From Planctomycetota bacterium (lineage in GTDB: Bacteria > Planctomycetota > UBA1135), in assembly GCA_002705055.1 (NCBI GenBank), contig PAHY01000054.1, positions 150 to 64,149 of the forward strand: a DNA stretch of 64,000 nucleotides, in the 5' to 3' direction. Positions 44,329 to 53,915 of the stretch are shown piece after piece. A program made the translations under genes and the position numbers. Position 1 is the stretch's first letter, and each line of letters begins with the position of its first letter. The notes under the pieces were generated by a model, which had not been told where the DNA came from, ran no database searches, and was given only the letters and a program-made list of their open reading frames with translations.

Positions 44329-46697
44329 CAGGAGGATTCGGTGCGGTGGATCTGCTCCCAGACCTTGCGGCGGGCGTCCAGGTCGCGCGCCTGCTTGGCA
44401 GCGTCGGGAAGGTCGACGAGGAGGGTCTGAATCTCGTGCGGGCGCAGCTGCACCCGCAGGGTGTGCGCGTCGACCACCGCGGGGGCTCGTTCCGCGCCTG
44501 CGCTCTCCTGGAGCATGTTGCAGCGCACCGCCGTGGCGATCGGCAGTCCGAGCTTCAGCGTCGCCTCAGCGGCTTCGCCCTGCAGCTCGACGAGGCGGAT
44601 CAGATGGGGGGCACGCATGGGGGCGGCTGCCCAGGAATCGATGCAGTCGCCCTCGTGCGGGCCGACTCGTCGAAAAGCGCTGCAGGCGACCGGCCCTTCT
44701 ACCTCGAGGGCTGAGAAAGCAGGGGGAGGGGTCGCGCCGAGGCGAGGGTCGCCACCGCCGACCGGGGCGCGTTCGGGATGGGCTGCACTCAGCGGGCGGA
44801 CGATGGGTGTGCTCAGCAGTTCCTCGGCGAGGCGATGACGCTGCACCGCGTCCAGCCCGGCGGCATCGAGCACCCAGAAGCTCGCGGCGACTGAGGGGAC
44901 GCGGTACTCCTCATCCCAGGGGTCATTCAGATTGAGAATCACGCGCAGGGTGTCGGGCGCGATCCGCTGCCAAGCCTGCGCGCCGTCGTGGACGATGAGG
45001 AAGCTGGCACTTCCGGTATCGACCTGGACCAGGCGCTGGCTGGTGAAAGGGCCCGACACATCCTCGAACCACTGTTCGGAGGTCATCCAGTCGCCGCTCG
45101 GGTACTTCCGCGGGCGGTTGGTGCCGGCTTCGATCTCGGTCTGCGCAAAGGGGTGATCGTGCAGGATGCCTTCGATCCGTTGGAACTGAAGATCCAGCGC
45201 CAGCGCGCCGGCGAACCCGGGATCCCAGGCCAGCTCGCCCAGATTCACCTCCAGCTCGCACTTGCGCGCCGGATGAATCGGGTCGGCCTCCCAGTGCTCA
45301 CGGAGTTGGACCTCGGGCAGCTCGTCGAGCGGCCGGCGTTCGCCGTCCACGCCGACCGACAGGCGGAACTCGAGCTCCTCCGGAAGGTCCGGCCAGTGCA
45401 CCGGCGGCGTCTCTGCGAGGCCAACGCGATAGCCGCATGCGGGGACCGCGCGCACGACCTCGTCCTGCCCCGGGTGCGATCCCCGGCTCACCACGATGTC
45501 GCGCGTCCACGGCAGCGGATTGAAGACCAGGACCTCCGCCGGGTGCGCGGGAAGCGCGCGCGCAACCCGCTCGAGGCTGCGATCGATCACGCGCTGCGCC
45601 ATCGTCTCGGCGCGGGCGAACTGATCATGGCCGAGGAAGCCGCAGAGTCCTTCGCACTCGTGATTGTCGTGGTGCTGCGCGGCGAGCTGCTCGCGCCAGG
45701 CTTCCTCCAGCTCCCAATGCGGGTAGACGTCCCAGGAAGGGTACGGGCGACCGAGCATCGCGCTCATCGATGCGAGCGCCTCGGCCTCCAGGCTCAGGCG
45801 CTCGCACCGCAGGCTGGCGCGCGGATGAGCGTCGGCGTTCTTGCCCAGCGACATACCGTGCCAGACGTCATCCATCGTGTAGCTGCGCACCGGCGCATCG
45901 GAATTCGCCAGCTCGTCGATCAGCTGCGACAGGGTGCGGGGCCGCAGTTCAAAGCGCGGGTCTTCGGCCAGCTGCTTCATGCGGGGGAGCAGGACCTCGG
46001 CGCGACACATCCAGTCCGGCGAGGGCATCAGCTCGATCCACTGCACCAGCGCGGGCTGGGCCAGCGACTCGAGCAGCGGCGACTCCAGCATCGGGTCGAA
46101 GTCCTCCGGCCACTGGTGCAGATTGAGGCCGTTGCGCGGCAGGGCCGGCAGCTCGGTGCCGTCGAGGCCGCGCCAGCGGATTAGCGCGTGTTCCTCCTCC
46201 GGGAGCTCGGGCGTATGCCAGGTCCACTGGAAGAACAGGCTGGCGCCGGTGTAGCCAAAGCCCGCCAGGATCTGGGGCAGCTGCGGGAAGAACCAGAACT
46301 CCTCTTCCCAGAAGGCGCGGGGACGCACTCCCAGCGTCTTGCGGACCGCCCGGAAGCCGAACTCGAACTGGCGGATATTGGATTCGCCGCCCTGGAACAA
46401 GCCGTAGGGTTGGCCATAGGAGCAGCCGACCGGCTCGATGGTGCCCTCCGCAATCGCCTGACGCAGCTTCGCAAGCGCCTCGGGGCACTCCGCCGCCATC
46501 TTCTCGTAGCCGATCCCGTCGAAATTCACATTGCCGCGGACGCCCGCCTCGGCGCAGAAGCGCAACATGTCCTCGGTGCAGCCGGGCAGCACGGCGTAGC
46601 CCCACAGCCACTGCATGTCCACCCAGTGCATGTGATTGCCAAAGGTGTAGTAGAGCGGGCGGGGGGAGGGCGCCGACATCGATCTGCGTCGTATCAT
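44328..46697 (-). CDS. glycoside hydrolase family 38-like (alpha-mannosidase-like) protein
   Basis: Only the lower part of the 1373-aa ORF is credible. Start at the ATG at 46695-46697 or 46677-46679. N-terminus YYTFGNHMHWVDMQWLWGY resembles the H-x-H-W-D metal motif of the GH38 N-domain. ATGA overlap with rbsK. The family call is tentative. Confidence 0.55.
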   Translation of the reverse strand: MIRRRSMSAPSPRPLYYTFGNHMHWVDMQWLWGYAVLPGCTEDMLRFCAEAGVRGNVNFDGIGYEKMAAECPEALAKLRQAIAEGTIEPVGCSYGQPYGLFQGGESNIRQFEFGFRAVRKTLGVRPRAFWEEEFWFFPQLPQILAGFGYTGASLFFQWTWHTPELPEEEHALIRWRGLDGTELPALPRNGLNLHQWPEDFDPMLESPLLESLAQPALVQWIELMPSPDWMCRAEVLLPRMKQLAEDPRFELRPRTLSQLIDELANSDAPVRSYTMDDVWHGMSLGKNADAHPRASLRCERLSLEAEALASMSAMLGRPYPSWDVYPHWELEEAWREQLAAQHHDNHECEGLCGFLGHDQFARAETMAQRVIDRSLERVARALPAHPAEVLVFNPLPWTRDIVVSRGSHPGQDEVVRAVPACGYRVGLAETPPVHWPDLPEELEFRLSVGVDGERRPLDELPEVQLREHWEADPIHPARKCELEVNLGELAWDPGFAGALALDLQFQRIEGILHDHPFAQTEIEAGTNRPRKYPSGDWMTSEQWFEDVSGPFTSQRLVQVDTGSASFLIVHDGAQAWQRIAPDTLRVILNLNDPWDEEYRVPSVAASFWVLDAAGLDAVQRHRLAEELLSTPIVRPLSAAHPERAPVGGGDPRLGATPPPAFSALEVEGPVACSAFRRVGPHEGDCIDSWAAAPMRAPHLIRLVELQGEAAEATLKLGLPIATAVRCNMLQESAGAERAPAVVDAHTLRVQLRPHEIQTLLVDLPDAAKQARDLDARRKVWEQIHRTESS

Positions 46698-46709
46698 GGC
46701 CCTTCCCTC

Positions 46710-48530
46710 ATGTCTCGCATCTCCCTCCTCTGCGTGACTCTGCTGGCGGCTGCATTCGGCGCGCCGGCCTTCGCCCAAGAAGCGGTCGATCGCGACGCGC
46801 TGATGAAGCGGGTGGTCCGCGAAGAGAACGAGGTCCCGCCGGAGGTGGTGCGCCAGCTGGCGCAGCCTGCCGACGAGCGTGCCTTCAAGGATCTCTGCAA
46901 AGCGGTCAAGCTGTTTGATCGGCCGCGGCCGCTGAGCTCTGCTTACGGACAGTTCCGCGTGTTCCGCGCCGACCCGGAGCTGTTCGAAGACGCGATCGAT
47001 TTTCTGGCCGAACAGGTGGAGGACCGCAAGCTCGGTCATGCGCAGTATGCGCTGAACGCCCTGGGGGGGATGATGCCGGAGGCGCGCATGGCGCTGCTCG
47101 AGATCGCGCAGGATCACGAGAACGAGACCATCCGCGCGCGCGCGCTGCGGCCGCTCCTGAGCCACTTCCAGGAGCACCCCACGAAGGCCGCGCTGGAGCT
47201 CGTGCTGGATGGCTTCCGGATGCGCCAGACCGGAAACGGCTCGGCCTTCGTCAAGACGCTGGGTGCCTTTCCGCTGAGCGATCATCGTCGGGTGCTGGAG
47301 AAGCGCCTGAAGGATCGTCACTACCCTTCGATGAACAAGCAGCTGATCCTGACGACTCTCGCGCAGCCGCCCTTCCCGGCGCTGCGCGATTTGGCGCAGG
47401 ATGTGCTGTCCGACGACGATCCGGGAGTCGCCCGCGCCGCGCTCCAGGTCATGATCGCGCACAACGTCGAGCTGAAGGGGTCGGAATGGAAGAAGCTCGG
47501 GCAGTCGCCGGACCCGGCCTTGCGCTTGGAGGTCATGGTGCTGCGCGCGCGCCAGGGTCTTGGTCGTGCTTCGGTCGAGAAGGATCTGCAGAACTGGACG
47601 AGGTCGAAGGACGCCGTGCGCCGTCAGGCTGCAGCCCGGGCGCTGGCCCTGAAGCCTGGGCCAGAGGCGGTCGAACAGCTGGCGGAGCTGCTTCAGGATG
47701 AGATGCTTCCGGTGCGGCTGGAAGCGGCGCGTTCGTTGGGCGCGGTGCGGCGCACCGACGCGATCGAAGTGCTGATTCAGAACGCGGAACACGAGTCGCG
47801 GCTCACCGCAGACCTGGTGCAGCGCACGCTGACCGCCTTGACCGACCAGGAGTTTGGCCCGACCGTCAGCACCTGGACCCGCTGGTGGAATGACCACCGC
47901 GCCAGCTTCGCGATGCCCAGCGCAGAGATCGTCGCCGAGAGGCTGATCGAACTGCGCCGGCCGGTCGACAGTGAGGAGCGCACGGGTGCCAGCTTCTGGG
48001 GAATGCCAATCGTCTCGCGCCGCGTCGTCTTCGTGCTTGATACCAGCGGCTCGATGATGCAAAAGTTCTCGCAGGCCACGCGCTACGGCGCCCAGGATGG
48101 CACGCGACTTTCGGCGGCCAAGGCGCAGCTTGTCGGCGCGCTGAAGATGCTGCCGGACGGCACTCTGTTCAACATCATCACCTTCGACACGCGGAGCGAT
48201 CGCTGGAAGGACGAGATGGTCGTGCTCGAGGACGCGACCCGCCGCGAGGCCACGCAGTGGGTCAAGGGTCTGGTGACTCGCGGGGCCACCAACGTCTTTG
48301 ACGCGCTGGATAAGGCCTTCGCGCTCGAAGACGTGGACACGATCTACCTGCTTTCGGACGGGCAGCCGGCCGGAGGCAAGATCGATGATCCGCTGCTGCT
48401 GCGCCAGGAGATCCAAGCCTGGAACGCAACGCGCCGCATCCCGATCCACACCATCTCCCTGGGTGGAGACGTGATGCTGCTGCGTCGCCTGGCGGAAGAC
48501 TCCGGCGGGGTGTTCCGACTGGTCAAGTAG
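46710..48530 (+). CDS. secreted HEAT-repeat protein with C-terminal VWA domain
   Basis: Internal ATG gives signal peptide MSRISLLCVTLLAAAFGAPAFAQ. Repeated ...VR..AA.ALG... HEAT-like helices. VWA MIDAS VVFVLDTSGSM, plus IYLLSDGQP. Confidence 0.75.
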   Translation: MSRISLLCVTLLAAAFGAPAFAQEAVDRDALMKRVVREENEVPPEVVRQLAQPADERAFKDLCKAVKLFDRPRPLSSAYGQFRVFRADPELFEDAIDFLAEQVEDRKLGHAQYALNALGGMMPEARMALLEIAQDHENETIRARALRPLLSHFQEHPTKAALELVLDGFRMRQTGNGSAFVKTLGAFPLSDHRRVLEKRLKDRHYPSMNKQLILTTLAQPPFPALRDLAQDVLSDDDPGVARAALQVMIAHNVELKGSEWKKLGQSPDPALRLEVMVLRARQGLGRASVEKDLQNWTRSKDAVRRQAAARALALKPGPEAVEQLAELLQDEMLPVRLEAARSLGAVRRTDAIEVLIQNAEHESRLTADLVQRTLTALTDQEFGPTVSTWTRWWNDHRASFAMPSAEIVAERLIELRRPVDSEERTGASFWGMPIVSRRVVFVLDTSGSMMQKFSQATRYGAQDGTRLSAAKAQLVGALKMLPDGTLFNIITFDTRSDRWKDEMVVLEDATRREATQWVKGLVTRGATNVFDALDKAFALEDVDTIYLLSDGQPAGGKIDDPLLLRQEIQAWNATRRIPIHTISLGGDVMLLRRLAEDSGGVFRLVK

Positions 48531-48536
48531 AGCGGG

Positions 48537-50225
48537 CTAGCCGAACTTGGCGGCGACCAACTCGAGGACGCGCTGCTCCTGCTCGGCGGCCTGCGCCTCG
48601 AGCGCTTCCGCCTGGGCGAGGTAGCCTTCGAGTTGCTGCTTGTCCGCGAGGTCGGCGCCGTTGATGCGCACGTTCAGCCCGGCGCCGCGCACCGCCATGC
48701 GCGCGCACAGGGCGCCCACGCCGGCATCGGAGGCCGAGGCCTCCATGCCCTGCTCGGCCATCTCGACTGCGACCTCCATGGAAGCGCAAGCGACCTCCAT
48801 GACCCGCAGCGGAACCTCGATCGCATGCCGGGTGGCGGTCTGCAACGCTTCCTGCTGGGCCACTTTCTCGGCCTCGCTGCCCTGGGGCAGGCGCCAGGCG
48901 GCCATGATCCGATCGAAGGCCTCGGTGTCGGCGTCGATCAGGCGCACGAGCTCCTCGTGGAGTGCCTTGCCGCGCTCGGCGACCTGGGAGAACTCTTCCC
49001 AGCGGGCGTCCCAGCCGCGCTTATGCGAGGACAAGTTGGCCACCATCGTGCCCAGCGCCGCGCCGAATGCGCCGACCGCCGCCGAAACGGAGCCGCCACC
49101 GGGGGTAGGGGACTCGCTGGCGGTTTCCTCGGTGAAGGCGCGCAGGCTCATGCCGGCTAGGCGGCCGGTGCCGTCCCCGCCGCGCAGGACGTACTCGATG
49201 ATCTTCTTGGCCGGGTCGAAGGGCGCCAGCTCGTCGAGTCCCATCGAGCGAACTGCGATCTTGATCAGCTCGGCTTCCGACACGCCGGTGGAGCGCTGCT
49301 GCTTGCGCAGGAAGTAGCGCCCGGCCTCGAGCATCGCCTGCAGCGGGACCAGGCCGACCAGCTCGGATCCGGTCACGCGCAGCCCGCGCGCTTCGGCGGC
49401 GCGGGAGGTCTCGTCGAACGCGAGGTGCAGCGGCGTGACCTCCATGTCGGTGAGGTTCATGGAGACCTGACAGATGCCGTACTCCTCGATGAACCAGCCG
49501 ATGCCTTTGACCGCCTTCAGCTTGCCGGGAATCCAGACCGGTTCCCCCTGCGCATCCTTCACCACCGGGCCGGTCAGCCCGTCTCCTTCTCGCTGGATGC
49601 GCCCTTTCTCGCGCACATCAAAAGCAATCGCGTTCGCGCGTCGCGAGCTGGTGGTGTTGAGGTTGACGTTGTAGGCAATCAGGAAGTTGCGCGCGCCGAC
49701 CGCGGTCGCTCCGGTGCGCGGCTGGAAGCTGGCCGGCCCAAAGTCCGGAGCCCACTGCGCGTCCTGCAGCCGATCGGCCAGGCCTTCGTATTCGCCCGCG
49801 CGCACCACGGCGAGGTTGCGCCGTTCCGGCTTGCTGGCCGCGTGCTCGTAGAGGTAGATCGACAGGCCGACTTCTTCGCCCAGCCGGCGACCCAGCTCGC
49901 GGGCGTACTCCGCGGTCTCTTCCATGCTGACGCCCGAGATCGGCACGAGCGGGCAGACATCCATCCCACCAAAGCGCGGGTGCTCGCCGCTGTGCTTGCT
50001 CATGTCGATGAGCTCCTTGGCCATGCGGCCGGCCACCACGGCGCCCTCGATCACGGCCTCAGGGGCGCCGGCAAAGGTCACGACCGTGCGGTTCGTCGCG
50101 GCGCCCGGATCGACGTCGAGCAGCTCGACCCCGTCGACAGCGGCGATCGCATCCGTGATCTGCTGGATGATCCGGGGGTCACGCCCCTCGGAGAAGTTCG
50201 GTACACACTCGAGAATCCGGTCCAT
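48537..50225 (-). CDS. bifunctional glutamate formimidoyltransferase / formimidoyl-THF cyclodeaminase
   Basis: Start at the ATG at 50223-50225: MDRILECVPNFSEGRD (formiminotransferase N-terminus). C-terminal all-helical cyclodeaminase domain (SESPTPGGGSVSA...). Confidence 0.88.
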   Translation of the reverse strand: MDRILECVPNFSEGRDPRIIQQITDAIAAVDGVELLDVDPGAATNRTVVTFAGAPEAVIEGAVVAGRMAKELIDMSKHSGEHPRFGGMDVCPLVPISGVSMEETAEYARELGRRLGEEVGLSIYLYEHAASKPERRNLAVVRAGEYEGLADRLQDAQWAPDFGPASFQPRTGATAVGARNFLIAYNVNLNTTSSRRANAIAFDVREKGRIQREGDGLTGPVVKDAQGEPVWIPGKLKAVKGIGWFIEEYGICQVSMNLTDMEVTPLHLAFDETSRAAEARGLRVTGSELVGLVPLQAMLEAGRYFLRKQQRSTGVSEAELIKIAVRSMGLDELAPFDPAKKIIEYVLRGGDGTGRLAGMSLRAFTEETASESPTPGGGSVSAAVGAFGAALGTMVANLSSHKRGWDARWEEFSQVAERGKALHEELVRLIDADTEAFDRIMAAWRLPQGSEAEKVAQQEALQTATRHAIEVPLRVMEVACASMEVAVEMAEQGMEASASDAGVGALCARMAVRGAGLNVRINGADLADKQQLEGYLAQAEALEAQAAEQEQRVLELVAAKFG

Positions 50226-50285
50226 GGTTGATGCAGAGAGAATCGGCCGGAGGGTACCATTCCCGCACCCTGGATCCTGCAAGCG

Positions 50286-50771
50286 ATGGCCGAGTTCTAC
50301 TTCCACTTCAAGTTTGTGCACCTCCTCAGCGCCGTGGTCTTCCTCGGCAACCTGATCGTCAGCGCGATGTGGAAGTTGCAGGCGGATCGCACCGGGCAGC
50401 CTGCGGTGGCGGCATTCGCGGCGCGGCTGGTGGCGCGCACCGACAAGATCTTCACCGCCCCGGCGGCCTTCCTGGTGCTGATGACCGGGGGCATGCTGCC
50501 GACGGCCGGGGGCTACGGCTTCGGCGGCCAGGGCTGGATCCACGCCGGCGCGACCGCCTTCGTGGTCTCCGGGCTGATCTGGCTGATCGTGCTGATCCCG
50601 ATTCAGCGCAAGCAGCTCGCGATGGCCGAGGCCTTCGGGGAGAGCAGCGAGATTCCCGCTGACTACCAGGCGCTGACCAAGCGCTGGGCGAAGTGGGGAG
50701 GGATCGCGACCCTGCTACCGATCGTGGCGCTCGCTCTGATGGTCTACCGCCCCTGGATTTCGGCGGGCTGA
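50286..50771 (+). CDS. DUF2269-like integral membrane protein
   Basis: 161 aa with four TM helices, starting FKFVHLLSAVVFLGN. Confidence 0.65.
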   Translation: MAEFYFHFKFVHLLSAVVFLGNLIVSAMWKLQADRTGQPAVAAFAARLVARTDKIFTAPAAFLVLMTGGMLPTAGGYGFGGQGWIHAGATAFVVSGLIWLIVLIPIQRKQLAMAEAFGESSEIPADYQALTKRWAKWGGIATLLPIVALALMVYRPWISAG

Positions 50772-50984
50772 TCCCGACTGGAATCGGTCCACGGCGGCAA
50801 ACAGCAGGCATGCGCCGATGCCTGTCGTCGCGAGCACGACCGCGAAGGCGTCGGCCGGCATGTAAACGCGGCCGAGCTGGTCGATGGAGACATAGCTGAA
50901 GCTCAGCAGCGCGAAATAGGAAGCGAAGCCTGCGACCAGCGTGGCGCCGGCCGCAAGGACGAAAGCCTGAAGTGGGCGACCCAT
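50715..50984 (-). CDS. possible small two-TM membrane protein
   Basis: 89 aa with two hydrophobic segments. It overlaps the convergent DUF2269 gene by 57 nt. No homology recognised. Confidence 0.3.
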   Translation of the reverse strand: MGRPLQAFVLAAGATLVAGFASYFALLSFSYVSIDQLGRVYMPADAFAVVLATTGIGACLLFAAVDRFQSGSARRNPGAVDHQSERHDR

Positions 50985-51016
50985 GCCCTCAGCCTAACGG
51001 TGCGGCCGGAGCGCGC

Positions 51017-52882
51017 TCAGAGCACCGGGACTTCGGCCTCTTCGCCGCGCACCAGCGCCAGCAGCGAGGGGCCGTAGACCTCGAGCTTGGCCGGGCCGAT
51101 CCCCGGCAGGGCGGCCAGGCCGTCCGGGTCTTCCGGTGCGCGGGCCGCGACCGCCTTGAGCGTCCGGTCGTGGAAGACGGTGTACGCCGGTCGGCTGTTG
51201 GCCTGGGCGACGGCGGCGCGCCAGCTGACCAGCCGGGCGTAGAGATCGCCGTCGAAGCCCTCGGGGATCTCGGCCGGCCCGCGGCGGCGCGAACCGGCAT
51301 CGGGGGCGGCGCCCCGCGGCCAGCGCATGACGGCGCGCTCGCGATCCTGCATCACCTCATTGCCGGCCTCGGTCAGCCCCAGCAGCGGGTACTGCGTGCC
51401 GACGGTCCGGATCAGCCCTGCTTCCTCGAGACAGTCCAGCAGCTCAACGACGAATGCCTTGCCCTGATCCGCGAGCAGGCCAAAGGTGCTGAGGCGGTCG
51501 AGCCCGGACTTCTTGAGGGTTGCCGTCTGCGCCCCCGAGAGCATCTCGGCCACGCGCCCGCGGCCGTAGCGCTCGTGTGTGCGCGCGACCCCGGCCAGCG
51601 CCTTGCGCACGATCAGCTGGCGGGCCTCGGTCAGCTCGACGTACTCGGCGCGGGTGGCGGTGTCGCAGCGGTCGCAATGGCCGCAGCCCTCGAGCAGCTG
51701 CGCGGCGTCCGGATCGCCGAAGTACTCCAGCACCGCGCGATGGCGGCAGGTCGGCCCCTGCACGAATCGCACCATGCGGCTCAATCGACGCAGCGCGTGC
51801 TGAATGTGCGGCGGCTGCTCGCCGTCCGGGTTCCCTTCGGTGATCAGAAACTCGGCGGTGCGGGCGTCCTTCGGTCGGGCCAGCAAGACCGCGGTGGCTC
51901 CGGCGCCATCGCGTCCGGCGCGGCCGACCTCCTGGTAGTAGGACTCGACGGAAGAAGGCATCGCCGCGTGAACCAGCAGGCGAATGTCCGGCTTGTCGAT
52001 GCCCATGCCGAAGGCATTGGTGGCGACTAGTACATCCAGCTCGTCGGCCAGGAACTGCTCCTGCACCTGGGCACGGTGCTCTGGCTCGCAGCCGGCGTGG
52101 TAGTGCGCAGCGCGCAGGCCGGTGGCCTGCAGATGAGAGGCAGTGTCCTCGGTCTGACGCCGCGTCGCGGCGTAGACGAGGGCCGGGCGGCCCTGACGGC
52201 GCTCCTGCACGAGCGTGCGCAGGGCAGCCAGCCGCTCGTCCTCGGAGCGGTTCTTCTGCACCTCCAGGCGCAGGTCCGCGCGGCGGAATCCGCGCACGAA
52301 CAGAGCCGGGTCCTCCATGCCCAGCGCGGTCCCGATCTCCTCGCGCACCTCGGGCGTCGCGGTGGCGGTAAAGGCAGCGAGGCGCGGGGGCTGCAGGCTG
52401 CTGACCAGCTCGCGGATCGCGAGGTAGTCGGGGCGGAAGTCGTGACCCCACTGCGAGACGCAGTGCGCCTCGTCGACGGCGAGCAGCGAGACCTCGATGC
52501 GGCTCAGCAGCTCGCGAAAGTCGGGTCGGCTGAGCCGTTCCGGGGCGACATACAGCAGCTTCAGCTCGCCGGCGAGCAGCGCCGACCAGGTCGCGCGGTG
52601 TTCGTCCGGGTCGTCGGCGCTGGTGAGCTTGCCGGCGGGAATGCCGCGCTCGCGCAGCGCGTCGACCTGGTCTTTCATCAGCGCGATCAGCGGCGAGACG
52701 ATCAGCGCCGTTCCCGGGGCGAGGAGCGCCGGCAGCTGATAGCAGAGCGACTTGCCTGCCCCGGTGGGCAGCACCGCCAGCGTCGGGCGCCCCGACAGCA
52801 CCGACTGCACGACCTCCTCCTGGCCCGGCCGGAAGGCGGCGTGGCCGAAGTGCTCGAGCAGGGCTTCGCGGAGGGGTCGCAT
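51017..52882 (-). CDS. recQ: ATP-dependent DNA helicase RecQ
   Basis: Start at the ATG at 52880-52882 (MRPLREALLEHFGHAAFRPGQEE). PTGAGKSLCYQLPAL, DEAHCVSQWGHDFRPDY, zinc-binding CRHRAVLEYFG...CGHCDRC, and a C-terminal HRDC (YTVFHDRTLKAVA). Confidence 0.95.
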   Translation of the reverse strand: MRPLREALLEHFGHAAFRPGQEEVVQSVLSGRPTLAVLPTGAGKSLCYQLPALLAPGTALIVSPLIALMKDQVDALRERGIPAGKLTSADDPDEHRATWSALLAGELKLLYVAPERLSRPDFRELLSRIEVSLLAVDEAHCVSQWGHDFRPDYLAIRELVSSLQPPRLAAFTATATPEVREEIGTALGMEDPALFVRGFRRADLRLEVQKNRSEDERLAALRTLVQERRQGRPALVYAATRRQTEDTASHLQATGLRAAHYHAGCEPEHRAQVQEQFLADELDVLVATNAFGMGIDKPDIRLLVHAAMPSSVESYYQEVGRAGRDGAGATAVLLARPKDARTAEFLITEGNPDGEQPPHIQHALRRLSRMVRFVQGPTCRHRAVLEYFGDPDAAQLLEGCGHCDRCDTATRAEYVELTEARQLIVRKALAGVARTHERYGRGRVAEMLSGAQTATLKKSGLDRLSTFGLLADQGKAFVVELLDCLEEAGLIRTVGTQYPLLGLTEAGNEVMQDRERAVMRWPRGAAPDAGSRRRGPAEIPEGFDGDLYARLVSWRAAVAQANSRPAYTVFHDRTLKAVAARAPEDPDGLAALPGIGPAKLEVYGPSLLALVRGEEAEVPVL

Positions 52883-52939
52883 GGCGGCGGACGGTCCATC
52901 CTGACGGCGTGCGCAGCCCGATTCCAGTAGGCTGCGCCG

Positions 52940-53407
52940 ATGCAGGTGAGGCAGCGCCCCGTCGAGAACCGTGATGCGCTCGGGCTGCAGCGGCTGATGG
53001 CGGACGCCTTTGCCGACTACCCGCACTGCTTCCTCGACGTCGAGCTGGAGGATCCGGGCCTGCTCGCCCCGGCCGAGGCCTATCCGAGCCTGCAGGTGCT
53101 CGAGGCCGAGGGGCGCGTCGTCGGTTGCGTCGGCTGGGCCGAAGTACGCCCGGGAGTGGTCGAGCTGAAGAAGCTCTACGTGGATCACGCGCTGCGCGGG
53201 ACGGGGTGGGGGCGCAGGCTGATCGAGTGGGTGGAGCAGCAGGCCCGCGCGGTCGGCGCGAGCCAGGTCGAGCTGTGGACGGACACCAAGTTCGAGCTGG
53301 CGCACGCGGTCTACCAGCGCCTCGGTTACCGGCCGAGCGGGGAGACCCGGCCGCTGCACGACATCTCCGAGACCTGGGAGTACCACTACCAGAAGGAGCT
53401 GAGCTGA
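52940..53407 (+). CDS. GNAT family N-acetyltransferase
   Basis: VELKKLYVDHALRGTGWGRRLIEWVE is the acetyl-CoA-binding motif A (R/Q-x-x-G-x-G/A). Confidence 0.8.
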   Translation: MQVRQRPVENRDALGLQRLMADAFADYPHCFLDVELEDPGLLAPAEAYPSLQVLEAEGRVVGCVGWAEVRPGVVELKKLYVDHALRGTGWGRRLIEWVEQQARAVGASQVELWTDTKFELAHAVYQRLGYRPSGETRPLHDISETWEYHYQKELS

Positions 53408-53409
53408 GC

Positions 53410-53904
53410 ATGGGTCGGACTCTGCGCTTTGCGCGCCCGGGCGATGGGGCACAGATCGCCGCCTTCGTCCGCGGGCTGGCCGTCTACGAGAAGCTCGAGA
53501 GGTTCGCGGTGGCGACGCCTGAGCACTTCGAGCGCGCCCTGTTCGGACCGCAGCCCACGGCCGAAGTGCTTCTCGCCGAGGTGGACGGCGAGCCGGTGGG
53601 CTTCGCCTTGTTCTATCCCGCCTTCAGCACCTTCCAGGGTGAGCCGCGGCTCTACCTCGAAGACCTCTTCGTGCTGCCCGAGGCGCGCGGCGCCGGCCAC
53701 GGTCGCGCTCTGCTCGCTGCCTTGGCCGCGCTCGCGGTGGAGCGGGGCTGGACCCAGATGGCCTGGTCGGTCCTCGATTGGAACGCGCCGGCCATCCACT
53801 TCTATAAGGCGCTGGGAGCTGAACTCGATCGCAGCTGGCTGCAGACTCGGCTGGCGGATGAAGCCCTGCGGAAGCTGGCCGACTCGGCCGAGCCGTTGGC
53901 GTAG
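53410..53904 (+). CDS. GNAT family N-acetyltransferase (diamine/SSAT-like)
   Basis: Internal ATG 53410. LYLEDLFVLPEARGAGHGRALLAAL, and NAPAIHFYKALGA. Confidence 0.85.
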   Translation: MGRTLRFARPGDGAQIAAFVRGLAVYEKLERFAVATPEHFERALFGPQPTAEVLLAEVDGEPVGFALFYPAFSTFQGEPRLYLEDLFVLPEARGAGHGRALLAALAALAVERGWTQMAWSVLDWNAPAIHFYKALGAELDRSWLQTRLADEALRKLADSAEPLA

Positions 53905-53915
53905 AATCTCCGGCT

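Noticed and set aside
46698-48449. N-terminal ~580 aa of the 1373-aa minus-strand ORF
   Set aside because: This part is antisense to the HEAT-VWA gene and has no hydrolase similarity. The GH38-like sequence begins at the internal Met near 46697/46679.
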